Positions 25,276 through 39,462 are shown, numbered from the stretch's first letter. The stretch is DNA of 64,000 nt from Camelus ferus (GCF_009834535.1 NC_045697.1:57600001-57664000), one strand, 5' to 3'. Notes: generated from the letters alone by a model not told the origin. Numbers and translations are program-made.

Positions 25276-26706
25276 CTTTACCCTGGCTACATGACTATAT
25301 TTGTATCCAATTATTAGACAAAATTTCCAGTAGATTCACAGACAAAAGATTCCCACAATGGATGGACAAATTCTTTACTAAAATAAGAGGAGGAAGTGAT
25401 GGTCAGGCAAATATGTTCTATAAGTGTTATAATTTTAAAATAATATAATGTTGACAAGAGTATTTGCATCATGTGAAACATCAAACCCCAAATTATTTAA
25501 TTGATATTATTAATTTTTATAGCATAAAGTTAATAAATAATGCATTTATACATTCTTTTTTCTCTTACCTATTGATTTTGCCAAAGTAAAAAATTTTACT
25601 TCACTTTCTTTAAAACTTTATTTAAAAAAAAGTCTAGGTAGTTATTATGTTCATCTAAGTTGTAAAATCTAAGTGTCATTTCCTTTTCTATTATTGATTA
25701 ATGAAAAGTAATAGAAAAACTATATTAAGAACATTTTCTTTCCTTTTTGCCTGAAACTTTCTTTAGAATACTTGCACATCATATGGCTAATAATAAACAT
25801 TTAGCTTATCTGCTGGGTTTCATCCAAAAAAGATAAATATTTTAAAAAATTAAATCTAAAATTAAAATTTAAACATTTCTTCATAATGCTTATTATAAAT
25901 ATTTTGTTCAACATAAAAATTTAACAATGTAATGGTTCTGTTTAAACAGTATCTGTCGTATTCAGTTTCTTACATTTTCTGCTACTTTTTATGTGAGAAT
26001 AGTAAGGAAAAGCTTACTACTTCTCAGTTCTTATTTGTGGAACAGTTTATGTTTTAAATTTAAATTAACTTTAAATTAGAGAAGTTAGATTGACCAGTTT
26101 AGAAACTTGTTTAAAAGTTGATCCTGACAATTAAGTACAGAGCATGGAATGCTAATTTATTTGCGTAAAATTTCAGTATTTCTCTAAAAAGAACTTACTG
26201 GCATTTTTTACTAGTGAATAGTATTACAAAAATATGTTGGACTAAATGCTTTCAGATATTCTGTTATAGTATGAAAAAGCTATTAGTCATTTTGAAATGC
26301 TTTAGGTTTTGATCTGCTATGTGGAAGTTAATTCCCAGGTTTTCCAAAAGTGCTTTTGAAACAAAGTTAAAAAAGCATCTGAGGAAGATTTATAATATTT
26401 TTTAAATGTTTATATCTCTATACAGAGACTAAGAATTTTGAATATAGTGTATTTTTCTTGGTTTCCCAAGTATGTTAATAGCAAATGACATATATGAATA
26501 AGATGCCATACCTACTGTCTCCCTCATTATTTATATAGTGAAATAGCTTGAGAGTACAATCACTTTTCTCCCTCTCAGTGGTAATTCAAGGAGATTCAAA
26601 CCTAATCTTTGTCAGTCTGCACTTCTTTCAGTCAATCTTAGCTTTCTTTGTCTTGGCTTGAGTTGGCACTGCGCCTGACAGGCTATATCAATAGCTGTTC
26701 AGTGTC

Positions 26707-27175
26707 TGTAGAGGCAGTTCCCCATAGACTCAAATTTCCTGCAAGTTTTTGCTGACTCTGCCAAGAATGCAGAGCCTTTACTGCTCATTAACTGGACCAT
26801 TTTTCAGTGTTATGTTTGTAATAAGCAACCTTTAGGGATGGGGTCATGTCTTCCCCTCCACAGACAGCAAGCTTGGTTCTACCTCAGTGTAAAATCGGGA
26901 ATCCCTCAGTGCAGTGGTCCTTTCCTATAGTGTAACCCGCTGCCTGTGGAGGCATTCTTCACAGGCCCTTTGATTGAGCCCTGTGGGGGTTGGGGGAAAA
27001 GGGAACTGACACAAACAAATATGAAGCTCTGACTGTTGCTTTTACCATGAGTAGTAAAGTCCTTTGTCTCTGACTCAGGAGTCTTGTGACTTCTGCTGGT
27101 ATCCATGAAGCAGTAACTAGCTAGGTTGTAAACTTACAAGTAGATGAAATCCTACACTATTCACAATTCTTGATA
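26707..27175 (+). mobile_element. ERVL-class solo LTR (MER54/70/73-type group; subfamily unassigned)
   Basis: The 3' end 'taaagtcctttgtctctgactcaggagtcttgtgacttctgctggtatccatgaa...ttcacaattcttgata' matches a remembered eutherian LTR terminus. Confidence 0.7.
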
Positions 27176-27511
27176 CTAAGGAGGAATTTCAATATAGTAT
27201 TGTGCTACTACAGTATTGGGGACCAAAGAAAAGACCTTGTCAGTGGATGGAATTCAAACTTCTAAGGACAGATTTGCCAGGGATTAACTTTTGCCTCCTT
27301 GCCAATGCCTGTGTCTTGTCTGATATTTGTCATTTCAATCCAGCTCTGTTTCACATTGAGTTTGGTTCACATTGAGCCCACATTCTGGACCCAGGGACCT
27401 CTGGATAAACCAGACTAACTAAATCTGCTTTCTTGATGCATGATTGTGATCCTTGTTTCTCAAGCGTACTTGTTAATTACCTTACCTCACAGAGAACTGA
27501 CATTCCCAATT

Positions 27512-27584
27512 TAAGAAAAAAGAAAAGAAAAAAAAGAAAGGAAGGAAGGAAGGAAGAGAGAGAGAGAGAGAAAGAGAAAGAAAG
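27512..27584. repeat. Purine-rich compound microsatellite (GAAAA/GAAG/GA)n
   Basis: 'aagaaaaaagaaaagaaaaaaaagaaaggaaggaaggaaggaagagagagagagagagaaagagaaagaaaga'. Confidence 0.9.
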
Positions 27585-29154
27585 ACTTTCATTGTTGCTC
27601 TTCTGTAAATTGCATATCAGTGCCACCTTCTTGAATCAGAAAGCCTAGAATTTTGCAGCCTGTTGCTCTTACATGTGTTTTCATTAAGATGTTATGGGTC
27701 CACTGTTTGTCTTTTTTTAAATTATTTTATTTTTCCTCCCTAGCTGTGCTTCTCCACACCCTTATTCCACCTACAGTATGTAATAAATACCATTCAGTAT
27801 CCTTACATCATCAAGAACTAGTTCCCAAATAGATCCTTGTCTTCTCCTCAGCTCATTTGAATGAAATGTATGCAATATGCCCTTAAAATATGGAGCTAAA
27901 TTCACTTATTAAACAAATATTTTCTGAGGCTTTAAATCCTCTATTAGGAAATTAGAATCTAATTTTATCCTTGAGAAGATTCTAGTCAGTCCTTTGATGA
28001 AAACCGCGCTGTCTTCAGAGAAGTGACAGGAAGAAAAAAGATAGTTGAAGGGTAGGTAGAGGGAAGGTAGTAAACTAGGGAAAGGCAGGAGTGTGTATGA
28101 ACATCAAGAATAACAGTATAATATGTTGTGCTTAAGTGATACAGGCTTGTAAAATTATCATTTACATCACGATGATGATACATGTATTTTTAAAGACTAC
28201 TAGCTTTCCACAGTTGCAGTGAAATAACCACCTACCCACCCAGATCCTATTTGTTTCTGTAAGCCACAAAGGAACTAGAGCCACAATAATAAAAAGAAAT
28301 AGTAGTAGTAGTTAACAGTTATTGAGGGCTCATTATGTGATGGTATGATACAGTATGACATGATACAATATAATATATGCCCATAGAAACCTAACTATGA
28401 CTTTTTGAACATGAAGTTGCTATTAGTATTAGTCTCGCTTTGAGATGGGGTAGAAGCCAGGTCACATTTTCAGTTTTATAAACTGTATATACCCATTCAT
28501 ATTTCTGATATGTGTGATTTACAGAAGCTGCTGGATGGTACAGGGTAATTTTCCATTTCTAAATGAAGTTCCAAAACGTATTGGAACATGTCATATGAAT
28601 CCAGGGAGAGAAAATATATTAATAGGCAAATGAAGTTCTCTTTTTTCCCATAATTTGAAATTGCCATCATGGAACTAGTCAAGCTTATTTGTATTCAATT
28701 ATTCCATTACTCACCAACTTATTGACTTAAAAAAAAATGGTGACCATCAACTCTATACTCAGGTGGTAAAGTTAAAATAGTTTTATAACATGGTTATATA
28801 CATATAATACATATATATGCATATAACACATACATATTATTTATAATATTTTCTAAAGTTGGGTAAATAGTGTGTTTCTAAGTAGGCAGTAGTTTGTAAT
28901 GATGAATAATTTTTTTTATATATTCCCCTAAAATGTATTCATTAAATTTTATCTTTGATATGCTGACACATTTCAGTTTTAGTAATCCATACTGTTGATT
29001 GAAAAGTGATATTATGTTTGTTTCAGTCTATAAGATGAATATTATATAGTTGTTATGCTTCAGGACACTAAAAAAGGGAGAAATCAGGATTTGATCAATT
29101 TTATGAAGGTAATATTTAGTAGAGCTGTGTTTTGAATGAAGATTTCTTATAGCC

Positions 29155-29410
29155 CAAGCATGGTCAGGTTCTGGTGAGAGCCCTCTTCCAGGTTGCAGAC
29201 TGCTGACTTCTTGTTGTGTTGTCACATGAGGTGGGGGAAGGGGGGCGAGAACTTTCTGGGTCCCTTTTCATAAGAGCATTAGTCCCATTTATGGAGGCTC
29301 CATCCTCATGATCTAAGAACCTCCCACCAGCCCCACTTGCTAATACTGTTACTTTGGAGGGTTAAGATTTCATCAGGTGAATTTTGAGGAGACACATTCA
29401 GTCCATAACA
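29155..29410 (-). mobile_element. MaLR LTR (MLT1A/MST-like), partial
   Basis: 'ggttctggtgagagccctcttccaggttgcagactgctgacttctt...cccatttatggaggctccatcctcatgatctaa...cacattcagtccataaca'. Confidence 0.85.
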
Positions 29411-29419
29411 ACTGACTTT

Positions 29420-29900
29420 TGGTGATCTATCCCGTTTTCAATACCATTTCTATGTAGACAACTCTCATCTTTACATTATACATCTCTTCTTTGAACTAGA
29501 AGTTCATTTATTCAAATGGTTCTTTGACATCTACGTTTGGATGTTGGATAGGCTTCTCAAAATTATGTGTTAAAAGAAACGCCTAATCTTTGCAACACTA
29601 CCTTCAGTTTAGGTTCTGCTATAATTTTGCCCATGTCAGCAAATTGCAAACCCATTTTTTTCTGGATGAAATTTGTAAGTCATTCTTGATGTCTTTTATT
29701 ATTTCTTACCTTAATTCCAATCAACTAGGGAAACCTGTTGGCACTTCTTTCACAGTATAAGAATATGACCATTTTTCACCACCTTCACTGCTATCATCTT
29801 AGTTCAGTTCACTATCATCTCTCACAATGATTATTATAATCCCTTTCCTAGTTGTCTCATAATTCTACCCTTTACCTCCCACATTTTATTCTCACTAAGC
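29420..29900 (+). mobile_element. L2 fragment
   Basis: 'ttgacatctacgtttggatgttggataggcttctcaaa...ccatttttcaccaccttcactgcta'. Confidence 0.75.
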
Positions 29901-29939
29901 ACTGATAATAAATAAGAATAGATTTTTAAAGAAGTGGTA

Positions 29940-30450
29940 TAATGAGGGTCATCCTAAGCCAAATTAGGGTTTTAAATTTTATTTAGATAGTGAGGACTCA
30001 TATGAACCCTATGATCTCTAAAGTTATAGAGAGACTACTCTGGAGGGAATGATTTTTGGATGAGCAAATGTGGAAAGGAATCAGTAACTATTGCCATTGT
30101 TAGGTGAAACATGATTGTGTCTTTGACTAGGTTATTAAAAAAATAAATCAATAGAGTTAAGTGCTTTATAATTTGAAAAGAAGACAAGATTTACGGATGC
30201 CTTATTCATGTGGAAAAAGGGAATGGGTATAATCAAGTATTGATTAAATGTTGAGTAAATCATGGTCATTTTTAGAGGTATTGACAACTAGGAGGAAAAT
30301 AGGTTTAGCAGCACTGAATAAAGAATTCAGATTTGGAAATACTAATTTTAGAACCCTATAAATAAAATGAGGAGATATATCAATCAGGCATTCTGAAACT
30401 TATGTGAGTGGTCAATTCTGAAGCTATGTATTTATATCAACATATTTACA
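29940..30450 (-). mobile_element. L2 fragment
   Basis: 'ctattgccattgttaggtgaaacatgattgtgtctttgactagg...gaattcagatttggaaatact' is reverse L2. Confidence 0.6.
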
Positions 30451-33299
30451 ACTAGATCTGAGGGTTTGGAAGGCACTCAATAATTATTACCCAGTTTTCC
30501 ATCCAGGGCCCTAAATAAATTTAAAAATCAAACTGAAAATTTTCTCTCCAGTATTATTATTATTAATTTAAATTTATTTTACATTAATTGTGATGACCAA
30601 ATTAAAATAACATTTAAGATGTCAAGAGAAATATCATAAAGCTATTTTTACGAGTTTCAATTCTTACTCTACACTCTAAATGACCAAGTGTTTTCTTTTA
30701 TGCTCTTGTCTTTGATAAAAGTTAAAAGCTGAAGTTTTTATTTAAAAACAAATTATTTGGAAAAAAAGATTAAAATTAGCTGAATATCTTTAAATGTCTA
30801 GTTCATATTGATAGTCTCAGTTAATTCACATTGAAAAAGCCTTTAACAATTAAGTCATTTTTTAAAAGCCACAATTTGGATTTATTTATTTTGGATTTGG
30901 ATACATTTTATATAGTAAATGAAGATTTTTGATAGCATGTTGGAAGATTATTGAAATACTTAACTTGTCAAATAATGAAGACATTTAATCATCTTGACAT
31001 AAGTAACAACTGACAGTTAAAAATATTTCAGCATTTTAAAATATAGGTATACATGGCAAAATAATAATTAAAAATTTAAAACCTTCAAACCCAAAAAATA
31101 TTAATACCTCAATTTGCAAGTGGTAAAATACATGCTTGTAATCAAGCCTGTCAAAACCTTAACCATTGATAAGGCCAATAAACACTTGAAAATATTGAGA
31201 AATTATGTCAATATTTACAAACACATTTTAAAGTTTTCTATGTTATTTACATATAATTTTTTTAATAAAAAGTAGATCTGAATAAATAATTTCAAATTCA
31301 GCATTGCTTTGTAATATAAATTTATATCATGTTTTATGAGCAATAGAGATTTTGCAAAATGTGCTGCTAGTTGAGTGAAAGTTTCGTTTAATTCCAATGA
31401 TATCCTAAGTGAGAGTGACTGTTTTATGCCTTAGAGATTATTATCAAAGCTTGAGTGCAAAGCATTTCAGAATGCACAAGTGTTGTGATTATACCTTCCT
31501 GGGAACTGCATTCAAACACTAGATACATTTTAGCATTCTTGGTATCAATAATTGGAAACTGAGTTTCTGTTCTTTATCACATTTTGCTGAGGAAATTCAA
31601 AAACATAGCAAATATATTTGTATTGGCAATACAATATGACATTCTGATATTAATGAAAAAGTTCACTAAGTGATAGTAGTAGGTAAAACAATAGTATTTA
31701 CTACATAAAGAACAAGGATAAAATCTCATATTAAAGCATTGTTTTGAAACCAAAGGTGAGTTAACAATCTTATAGTTAATTGCATTGTCATGAGTCCTGA
31801 CATTTCCATTGATTCTAAATCTTTATTCTTAGAGTCTTGAAGTCAGAAACCACCAAAAATTGAATAACTTTATGAAAAAAAATTAAAACTTAGGAAGATG
31901 AAAATAATCTGCTCTAGCTTTTATTTGTTAAAAAATATTAAATGCACCTTTTTTTACCCTACTCACAAGTCAGGAAACAAAATGCTAAATCAAGTCTAAA
32001 ACTGTTTTATAATCACACCGTATTCTGTTAAGCTTATCACTGCCACCACCATTTGGCCCAATTAACTATCCATATGTTACAGACTATTATTAACTATATT
32101 TGATGAAGGGGAAAAAAATAATAGAATGCTTGCTTAAAAGAGAACAAGATGCATGACCTAAATGGAAAGTTTCAACAATGATCAGGTTTATTGTTGTTTA
32201 AGTAATGCATTTTAAATTTAGGTTTAAAGCATGTTTTATTCAGTCTCTTTTCCTTCTCCATTCATCACTTACATTGAAGGAAGAATTTTTCCCTAAATAT
32301 CTCAAGAATCTCAGGACTTCTTTAGTACATCTTCTATCAGTTGAAACTTACTGTATTTGTTCTCTAAGAACGTCTATTTATTGATTGAAAGGTTAAAGAA
32401 GAACAGACAATGCTTATGCCCTCCTTGGATATACTCCTTGATAACAAGCAATTTATCTCTTCCTCTTCATGTACTCCGTACTGTCTAATACAGTGTCTTG
32501 GACATAGTATCATTTAACATATATATATATGAATTTGAAATAGTCTCAAATCATTTCTGAGTGCCTTCCATGGCCATATATTGTACCAGCACTTAATGTA
32601 ATTCAGATGTTGTCCTAGTTACAATGGCTCACTTTCCCTTACATTATTTAGTAAAATGAGAAATTCAAATTAACAAGTAACTTTAAATTTTGTACTGTCT
32701 TTTGAGGCAAATTTATAGTTCTCTTGAGCTTCAGTAGTTAGGTTCTTAATACCAAGGACTGAAATATTAGGTATCATTTAATAAATTACAAATTCATTAT
32801 GATGTTCTTTTTACAGTTAAAAGAGGCAAATTTTAATTTCTTATTTTAAACAATAATGCAAGAAAATAATAAGCTTTATTTTTTCACAATACTATATCAT
32901 CTTTTGTAACTGGATATATTTCATGCCCTGATTGACACTTTTGAATGATACATATCTATAGATAAATAGATTGGGTAATGTCTTCTTTTGGTTTTAACAA
33001 TTTGGAAATATTGATATCATAATTTTATAAAGCTGTCTTTTAAGTTAAATTGATTTATTTTAACTTGTCAAGCTTTATATTCAATAGAATTTATACTTCT
33101 TTCTCTGGTGAGGTTAAATTTACATACTTTCAGGTAATAGAAAGTTCTCTTAATAATTTCCAAGTTCTAGCTCAAAACAAATAAAACCGCCCTGTCAATA
33201 AAACACCTGCCTAAAGGTAGGATGTGAGGAACAGCAGTACCTTCTCTCACCACATGCTGTGGGAGTTCTGTTTAGGAAGGGAGTTCTGCCTACTTTAAG

Positions 33300-33495
33300 C
33301 AAAGCGTAAATCTAAGCATTGTTTAAAATTCATCACATTTAATTCTTTCAATAACTATGTTTAACTATTACTATTACTATTATTAACATTACCAGTTTTA
33401 GAGAGGAGGAAGACAGATTCCCTAAATTGCCCTGACATGTGGCTAGCTTTTGCCAGAGCTTAGATTTGAAATTCAGTCAGATTTTTTCCAAGTAA
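33300..33495 (-). mobile_element. MIR SINE
   Basis: 'catttaattctttcaataactatg...ccagttttagagaggaggaagacagatt...gccagagcttagatttgaaattcagtcag'. Confidence 0.65.
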
Positions 33496-33767
33496 AAGTG
33501 TCTCCAGCAAATAGTTTTATTCAGTCCCCTCCTTAGGCCACTCTAAATTGAACTGGAAAATCCTATGGGTAAGCACACTGTTTAATCGTTTAGTTTGTCA
33601 TATTGTGTAGCTAGCTGGCTGGATGTTTTAAGAAATGGCTAGGCAACTGGTTGTTTTAAGTAATAGCTAGACTAGAGCATACAGAGAATTTTGTGCACAA
33701 AAATATGCCATTTCCGTACTTAATATTGTCACATTTATTGTTTTTCTAATTGTGTTTTCTTAGAATC

Positions 33768-34240
33768 TGTGTGTGTCTTTTGGTCTCCATTAATCACAGG
33801 ACCAAACTATCAGTCAAAGTGTTTACCTCTCTGCTGCAAGACAGCTTGCCTGGAACTGGCGTTTCCTGTGAGGACCTGCTGATTCTAGGCAATGCCCCAT
33901 CCACCTTCTTATCTCATTTTTACACACACAGTCAGTGTTTCCCCTGCCCTAAATCATTCCAGGGTCAGGTCCTAGAGACCGCCCCTGTAGCCCAGTGCTG
34001 GCTGGAATTATTCCAACTAGCCAGTCCTACACTGTATACTCTGCCTGTTGCCTTTTCCTGCAGAAACCCCAGTCAAGGCCCTAGCTCACACATTCGCCTC
34101 ACTTCTGACTTCTGCCTCCTCACTGAAACCTGGTGTTTCCCATGTGGCCAAATGTGGCATGGCATGCTTCCTTCTGTAGGAAAATGCAAATAATACATTC
34201 TTTAAACAGCATTGGCCTCTGTATATCAGCACTCAGTGAT
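33768..34240 (+). mobile_element. MER74-like ERVL solo LTR
   Basis: 'cccctgccctaaatcattccagggtcagg...gaattattccaactagccagtccta...cctggtgtttcccatgtggcc...ggcatggcatgc' matches remembered MER74. Confidence 0.7.
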
Positions 34241-34450
34241 AGATTATAAATTCAGATCCTGGCACAGAAAAATCATCCCACTGAGTTCATAATATCTGTG
34301 ACACTATTAGTTCTTTATATCATTTGCATATGTCACTTTACTAGAATAAATAACAAAACAGGGATCTATTATTTAAAACACTATCTATAATATAACTTCC
34401 ACCCCTCACCCCAGCAAAGGTAGGCTACTGAGGGATATTAAGAAAATGGT

Positions 34451-34608
34451 GGGAGATGGTATAGCTCAGTGGTAGAGCAAATCCTTAGCATGCATAGATC
34501 CTGTGTTCAGTCCCCAGTAACTTCTCTAAATAAATAAGTAAATAAATAAACAAACCTAGTTATTACCCCCCACAAAAGAAGTTAAAATTAAAAATTAAAC
34601 AAAAATAA
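34451..34608 (+). mobile_element. tRNA-Ala-derived SINE, Vic-1-like (older, more diverged copy)
   Basis: 'gggagatggtatagctcagtggtagagcaaatccttagcatgcatagatcctgtgttcagtccccagta', then (taaa)n and an 'acctagttattacccccc' tail like the copy at 1004-1136. Confidence 0.85.
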
Positions 34609-35088
34609 ATTGGACACCTGGACTGGTAGACATTTATTACTTAATGTTGTTTAATATCATTTATAAGAGTAGTAAATGTCTCTCTGCTTCTACGAATACA
34701 TTCTACTTTGGACAAATTCTATTTGTCTCAGTTTGAAGTGAAAGGATTACACTTGAAATCAATCCCTGGAAATTTTTTTTAGCTTTAAATAGTATTATTT
34801 TAATTTTTCAAAATGTAATAATATTTATCTCTGATAAAGTGAGAAAAGCAATCTTTTATTCCACTAATAATCAGTGGGCTTGGACTGGTTCATAGCATGC
34901 ATGAATAAGCAATGGCCATGTAACAGTTTGCTCATGTAGTTGAATAATAACTACATTTTGTGCCACATTTTCGAATTTTTCAAGTATTTTCCACTTAACT
35001 GCTAATCAGATACCCACACTAATTATTCTTGTATCTATTATGAAGGTCAATGAGGCTATTCTAAAAAGTAATTCTGTCCTTTTGGTAA

Positions 35089-35139
35089 GTAAAAACAAAC
35101 ATGCTTTGAGACACCTGTAAAAACAAACATGCTTTGAGA
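35089..35139. repeat. Perfect 23-bp direct duplication with 5-bp spacer
   Basis: gtaaaaacaaacatgctttgaga at 35089-35111 and 35117-35139. Confidence 0.9.
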
Positions 35140-37207
35140 TTAATAATGATTTCCTAAGCTTATACTTTTGTTAATTCCCCTGTAAATATTGTTAAAACAA
35201 GCAATAATATCAAAAACAAGCTTCAAAATGTTTTGCAGTTAGTGCTTTTCAAATGGTCATTTCTAGTTTGATTATACTCATGGGATAAGAAATTAATCAA
35301 AATCTCCTTGGGACAGTTGGATATGTGGATATTATGTTTATATTCAGCGTATTTTTAGAGATGTTTTAAGAGAAGCGTATTACTACACTAAATGACTTAA
35401 ATGCAGCTTAATGTGAACTAATTTTCTAGCAGTTATGCTAAGGTGAATCAGTGCCAAGCTACTTTTATATTTAATACCTTCTGGGACACTGGGATCTAAC
35501 TTCCCAGTAGACCATCTTCTGAAGGACTGAAAATGTTGCAGTACTTTTTCTCTTCCTGGTACAAAACAGAATTCCCGAACAATGGTTTCCAAACAGCAGG
35601 AGGGTTTAATTAAAAAACTGAGTCAAGAAAACAAGTATCATTATAATAGCATCAAGAGAACAGGCTTTTTGAACTTTGGTTTAAAAATAAAATCCTGCCC
35701 TTAGATTCTGCAAATGGAAGTCAGAATATTTTCATAAATTCATATCAAATTATTCAAGACAAGATACATTAATATAGTAGTAAACGTTATAGCAATTATA
35801 ATTCCATTCAAATTGTGACTGATATATAAAATAAAGCAAAATTTTTTTTCCTGTTCCTGTTTTTAACTTGACCTCATGTTATTATATTTACTTTGTAGAA
35901 TAAATTTTTTCTATATTTTCAATATATATTTGAAGTGAACAGGTAAGAGCTAAAATTACTTTCTCTAGCTTAATATGTTATGCCATCTCTGATATCTCTC
36001 ATTCTTACTGAAGTATTTTTGAAATAACATGTGAATATTTAATAATACATTTGTATGAACTTTGTATAATACATCTGTATTTTACCATCTCCTTCAAATT
36101 TAAATAATAAAATTCTGTAATCTAAAATACATAGTTAATCTAAAACTTACTCTATTCTGAAATTTTAGCTGTCATTTTGATCACTGTTTTAATGAGAGGA
36201 TTTAGAATTGACTTAATCTTTGTTTTGGGAATGATGGTCCTGATCTCTAATTCTATCAGTTTTGTTCCTTGTGTCAAAGTAAATTCACAGCATAAACAAA
36301 CAGTAGTTACACATGTAGTACATAAAGAGATATTGACTGCCCTAACTTTCTTTTTGGTTACTGTCAATGACTAAGTTAAGATGAGGGATACACAACGTTA
36401 AAATCGATTTTATTCAGGTCATTGGACATTCAGCTCAGCATGATTTTTCAATTTTATAAACAGTAGGAGACTCTACAAGAGATAATGAGGTAAAATAGGA
36501 TCATGAAACTTTCTAGCAGTGTTATTTTCTTTTTCTTTAGCCATTCAGGTTCAAAATTTAATGCTCTTAAAAATCAAAGGTAGATGAAAATTACAGAATT
36601 CCCAAGTAACTATGATTAATGTATGTGTCGTACATATACAGTTAATACCCAAGTTTTTATCCTCTCAAGAAATATAGTAACATTGAGAAATAACAAATAA
36701 CAAGTAAATTTATAAATAAAAAATAGATTGCGTACTTTTTCCAAATATTTAAACAAATTTGATTTATTCACTAGAGTAAATTTTAAAATAAAATATAATT
36801 CTGTTTAGAGATACTGACTAAGAATATTTTTCAGATCTTTATGGAGATAGTCAGCTAGGACTATCACCGAACATATCTAAAAGGCTGACCATTCCCTAGA
36901 TATACATGCAGTGTTTCACTTACCTAGTTACATGCCTCTAACCTGCTTTTATTCATATCGTTCTGTACACATCTTTTAAAATATCAGTTTGCTATCATGT
37001 GTGGCATAAATTTTTTTTTAGCTTTTAAACTCCTATCTAGTCTTCAGATTTCAACACAAATTCAATTTTTACTGTGAAATATGTAAAATACATTATATTA
37101 TATATAATATATAATGCTTACATTAAATTATTTTTATGTGGATTATTATTGCATACTAGTCTGTATATTCTTTGAAAGTGAACGTGTCTTTCAACTCTAT
37201 TAGCTAG

Positions 37208-37543
37208 AAGTGTTGGCCAACAGAAATAAAACATGAATTGCAAATGTAAGCCAAATATATAATTTTACACTTTTAAAGGAATCACATTAAGTAAGGTCCA
37301 AAAAAAGTTGACTTAATTTTAATAATGTATTTTGCTTAACTTCATCCAAAATATTATAGTTTCAACATGTAATCAACATAAAATATCAACAAAATATTTT
37401 AAAATGTTTCCTAACTGTAATCTAAGAATTAAATCTGTTGTTTATTTTACTCATACAAAATATGTCAATTCCACTGGCCACATTCAAAGTGCTTGAATTG
37501 CCTTATATGCCTATGCCTGGTAGACACCAAATTGGACAGTATA
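37208..37543 (+). mobile_element. MER33 hAT-Charlie DNA transposon
   Basis: 'catccaaaatattatagtttcaacatgtaatcaacataaaa...ggccacattcaaagtgct...ttggacagtatag'. Confidence 0.85.
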
Positions 37544-39462
37544 GATCAGGATGATATTTGAACATGGCAGATGCTTGTTAAATTGATGGATATTTGTGCA
37601 TGGTTATGTGTGTGTATACACATATATATGAAATAAAATAAGATGTTAGAAAACATGGTACAATGATACAGTAAACAAATGCACTCAAATTAATGGCCAT
37701 AAAAGGAAATTGTATTAGGAAAAGAAACAACATGATTCTATAGCTAGATATACAGAATAGATAAGTAAAGAGACATGAAAGCAAATGAATAAAATTTAAG
37801 AAGTGAGAACAAAATTATTCAATAATATAATATTTCACTTTTTATAGCACAGTGTTTAATATGCAGCTGGCTTATAGATGACTTTTATCTTTTTAAATAA
37901 AAGTATATATAAAATTTTTGGTGGTGGATATATTTATATTCACAGCAGAAAAATGAAACAGTAGATCTTATAAAGCAGAGGTGGCCAGATCATGGATTTT
38001 TATCCAATTAATTATTTCAGCTCTCTGAATTTTTTAAAGAAAAATTAATGCCTGTGATTGGAAAGTCATTAAAGCTACCTTGAGTTTATTATAAGAAGAT
38101 ATACTTCACAGATCCAAGGAAACACTGACCTAGTAATCAAGTGAGGAAACCAAGACCCTTCCAGAATTCCCATCCATAGAATCTTAACTACATCTATCAT
38201 CATTCTTATTAGTAATTAGATACATTTCATAGGGCAGTTTGTTTTCTGTTCATCAATAAACTGGCTGAGTCTCTCAGTGTTCCAGTTTCAAATACTTAGA
38301 AGATACAATCTGATTGAAGATTGAATCTGCTTATTCAATTATTATGACTAGGAGAGTAAGGTTGATCACATGATACATAGAACTATCCTCTTCAGTGATA
38401 AGTAAATTCTCTCAGGAGAAATAAAGCAATGGAATGGCATCTGTTGCAAACCTAGCATATATTACAATATTATCTTCCTTACGTAACAGCCATCATGTAT
38501 TTTGTTATCATATATTTTTCCCATTCTTTCTCCCTGACAAATACTTTAAAATAAGCAAGCTTTATTTTAATAAGTAACTTATTTTTTGTGAATATCAAGC
38601 AATACTTGCTTCTTTCTTACTGCTAAATGGGCAAGTTTTTAACACATATGTGTTGCCTATTAAGATAGTAAGTACATAGACAATGGGTAGGTCTACTCCT
38701 GACATATGCCTGAATACTAATATGATGCTATCTCAAAAAATATTCCTCAGACAAGAGTCCTTATAAAGTTTCTCATAATATAAAGTGCTCTCAAAATTAA
38801 TGCATTGAAAACAGTAAAGTTCTATTCGAGGGAGGTTCAATAGACATTTTAGATCTCAGTCATTTCTAGCATTGATTATGCAAAACACTCAGAATTGATT
38901 TTATTTTAAAAGGTGCTCATTTATAACAAATTCAGTAGTTATCCAAAATAATATGAACATGAAATTGCAGGAATTGAGTTTTATTACCAATCATTACTGA
39001 AAGCAATACAAATATGCTTAAAGTATAGTTAAATACCACCAGAACAAGTGGAAAGGTATCTGCCAAAATTTTATGCAGATGTCTGCTTGTGGGATTAAAT
39101 TCTTATTTTCCAAAAAAAAAATCTATCTTAAATAATTACCCCGACATGAATATGATGTACTGTAGAAAATCATCATATTTCTCAACTCCAAATCTCTAAT
39201 GATGACAAAATCACAGATGTCAGAGATGCATATTAGGAATTTTAACTAAAAACATTATGTGAATGAGAGAATAAATAAAAATGTCTCAGAGTAAATATAT
39301 ATTTTACAGTGTATTTAGAGCATGTACACATAAATTAGTATGCTTGATGTTTTAAGTACATACTTGATTATTTTCATCTATGTGTCTAACATTTTATGTT
39401 GTCCAAAATCCCCTCCAAGAAAAATATATTTTAAAATATTTTATTGTTAGAATAGGTTGCTT

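Noticed and set aside
27433..27648. K/R/E-rich NLS-like ORF
   Set aside because: Translation of a purine microsatellite.
33750..34193. Longest ORF in the track (147 aa)
   Set aside because: Non-ATG start, lies within the MER74-like LTR, and shows no recognisable domain.
35089..35139. Repeat-spacer-repeat resembling a CRISPR unit
   Set aside because: Only two copies, a 5-bp spacer, mammalian context and no cas genes.
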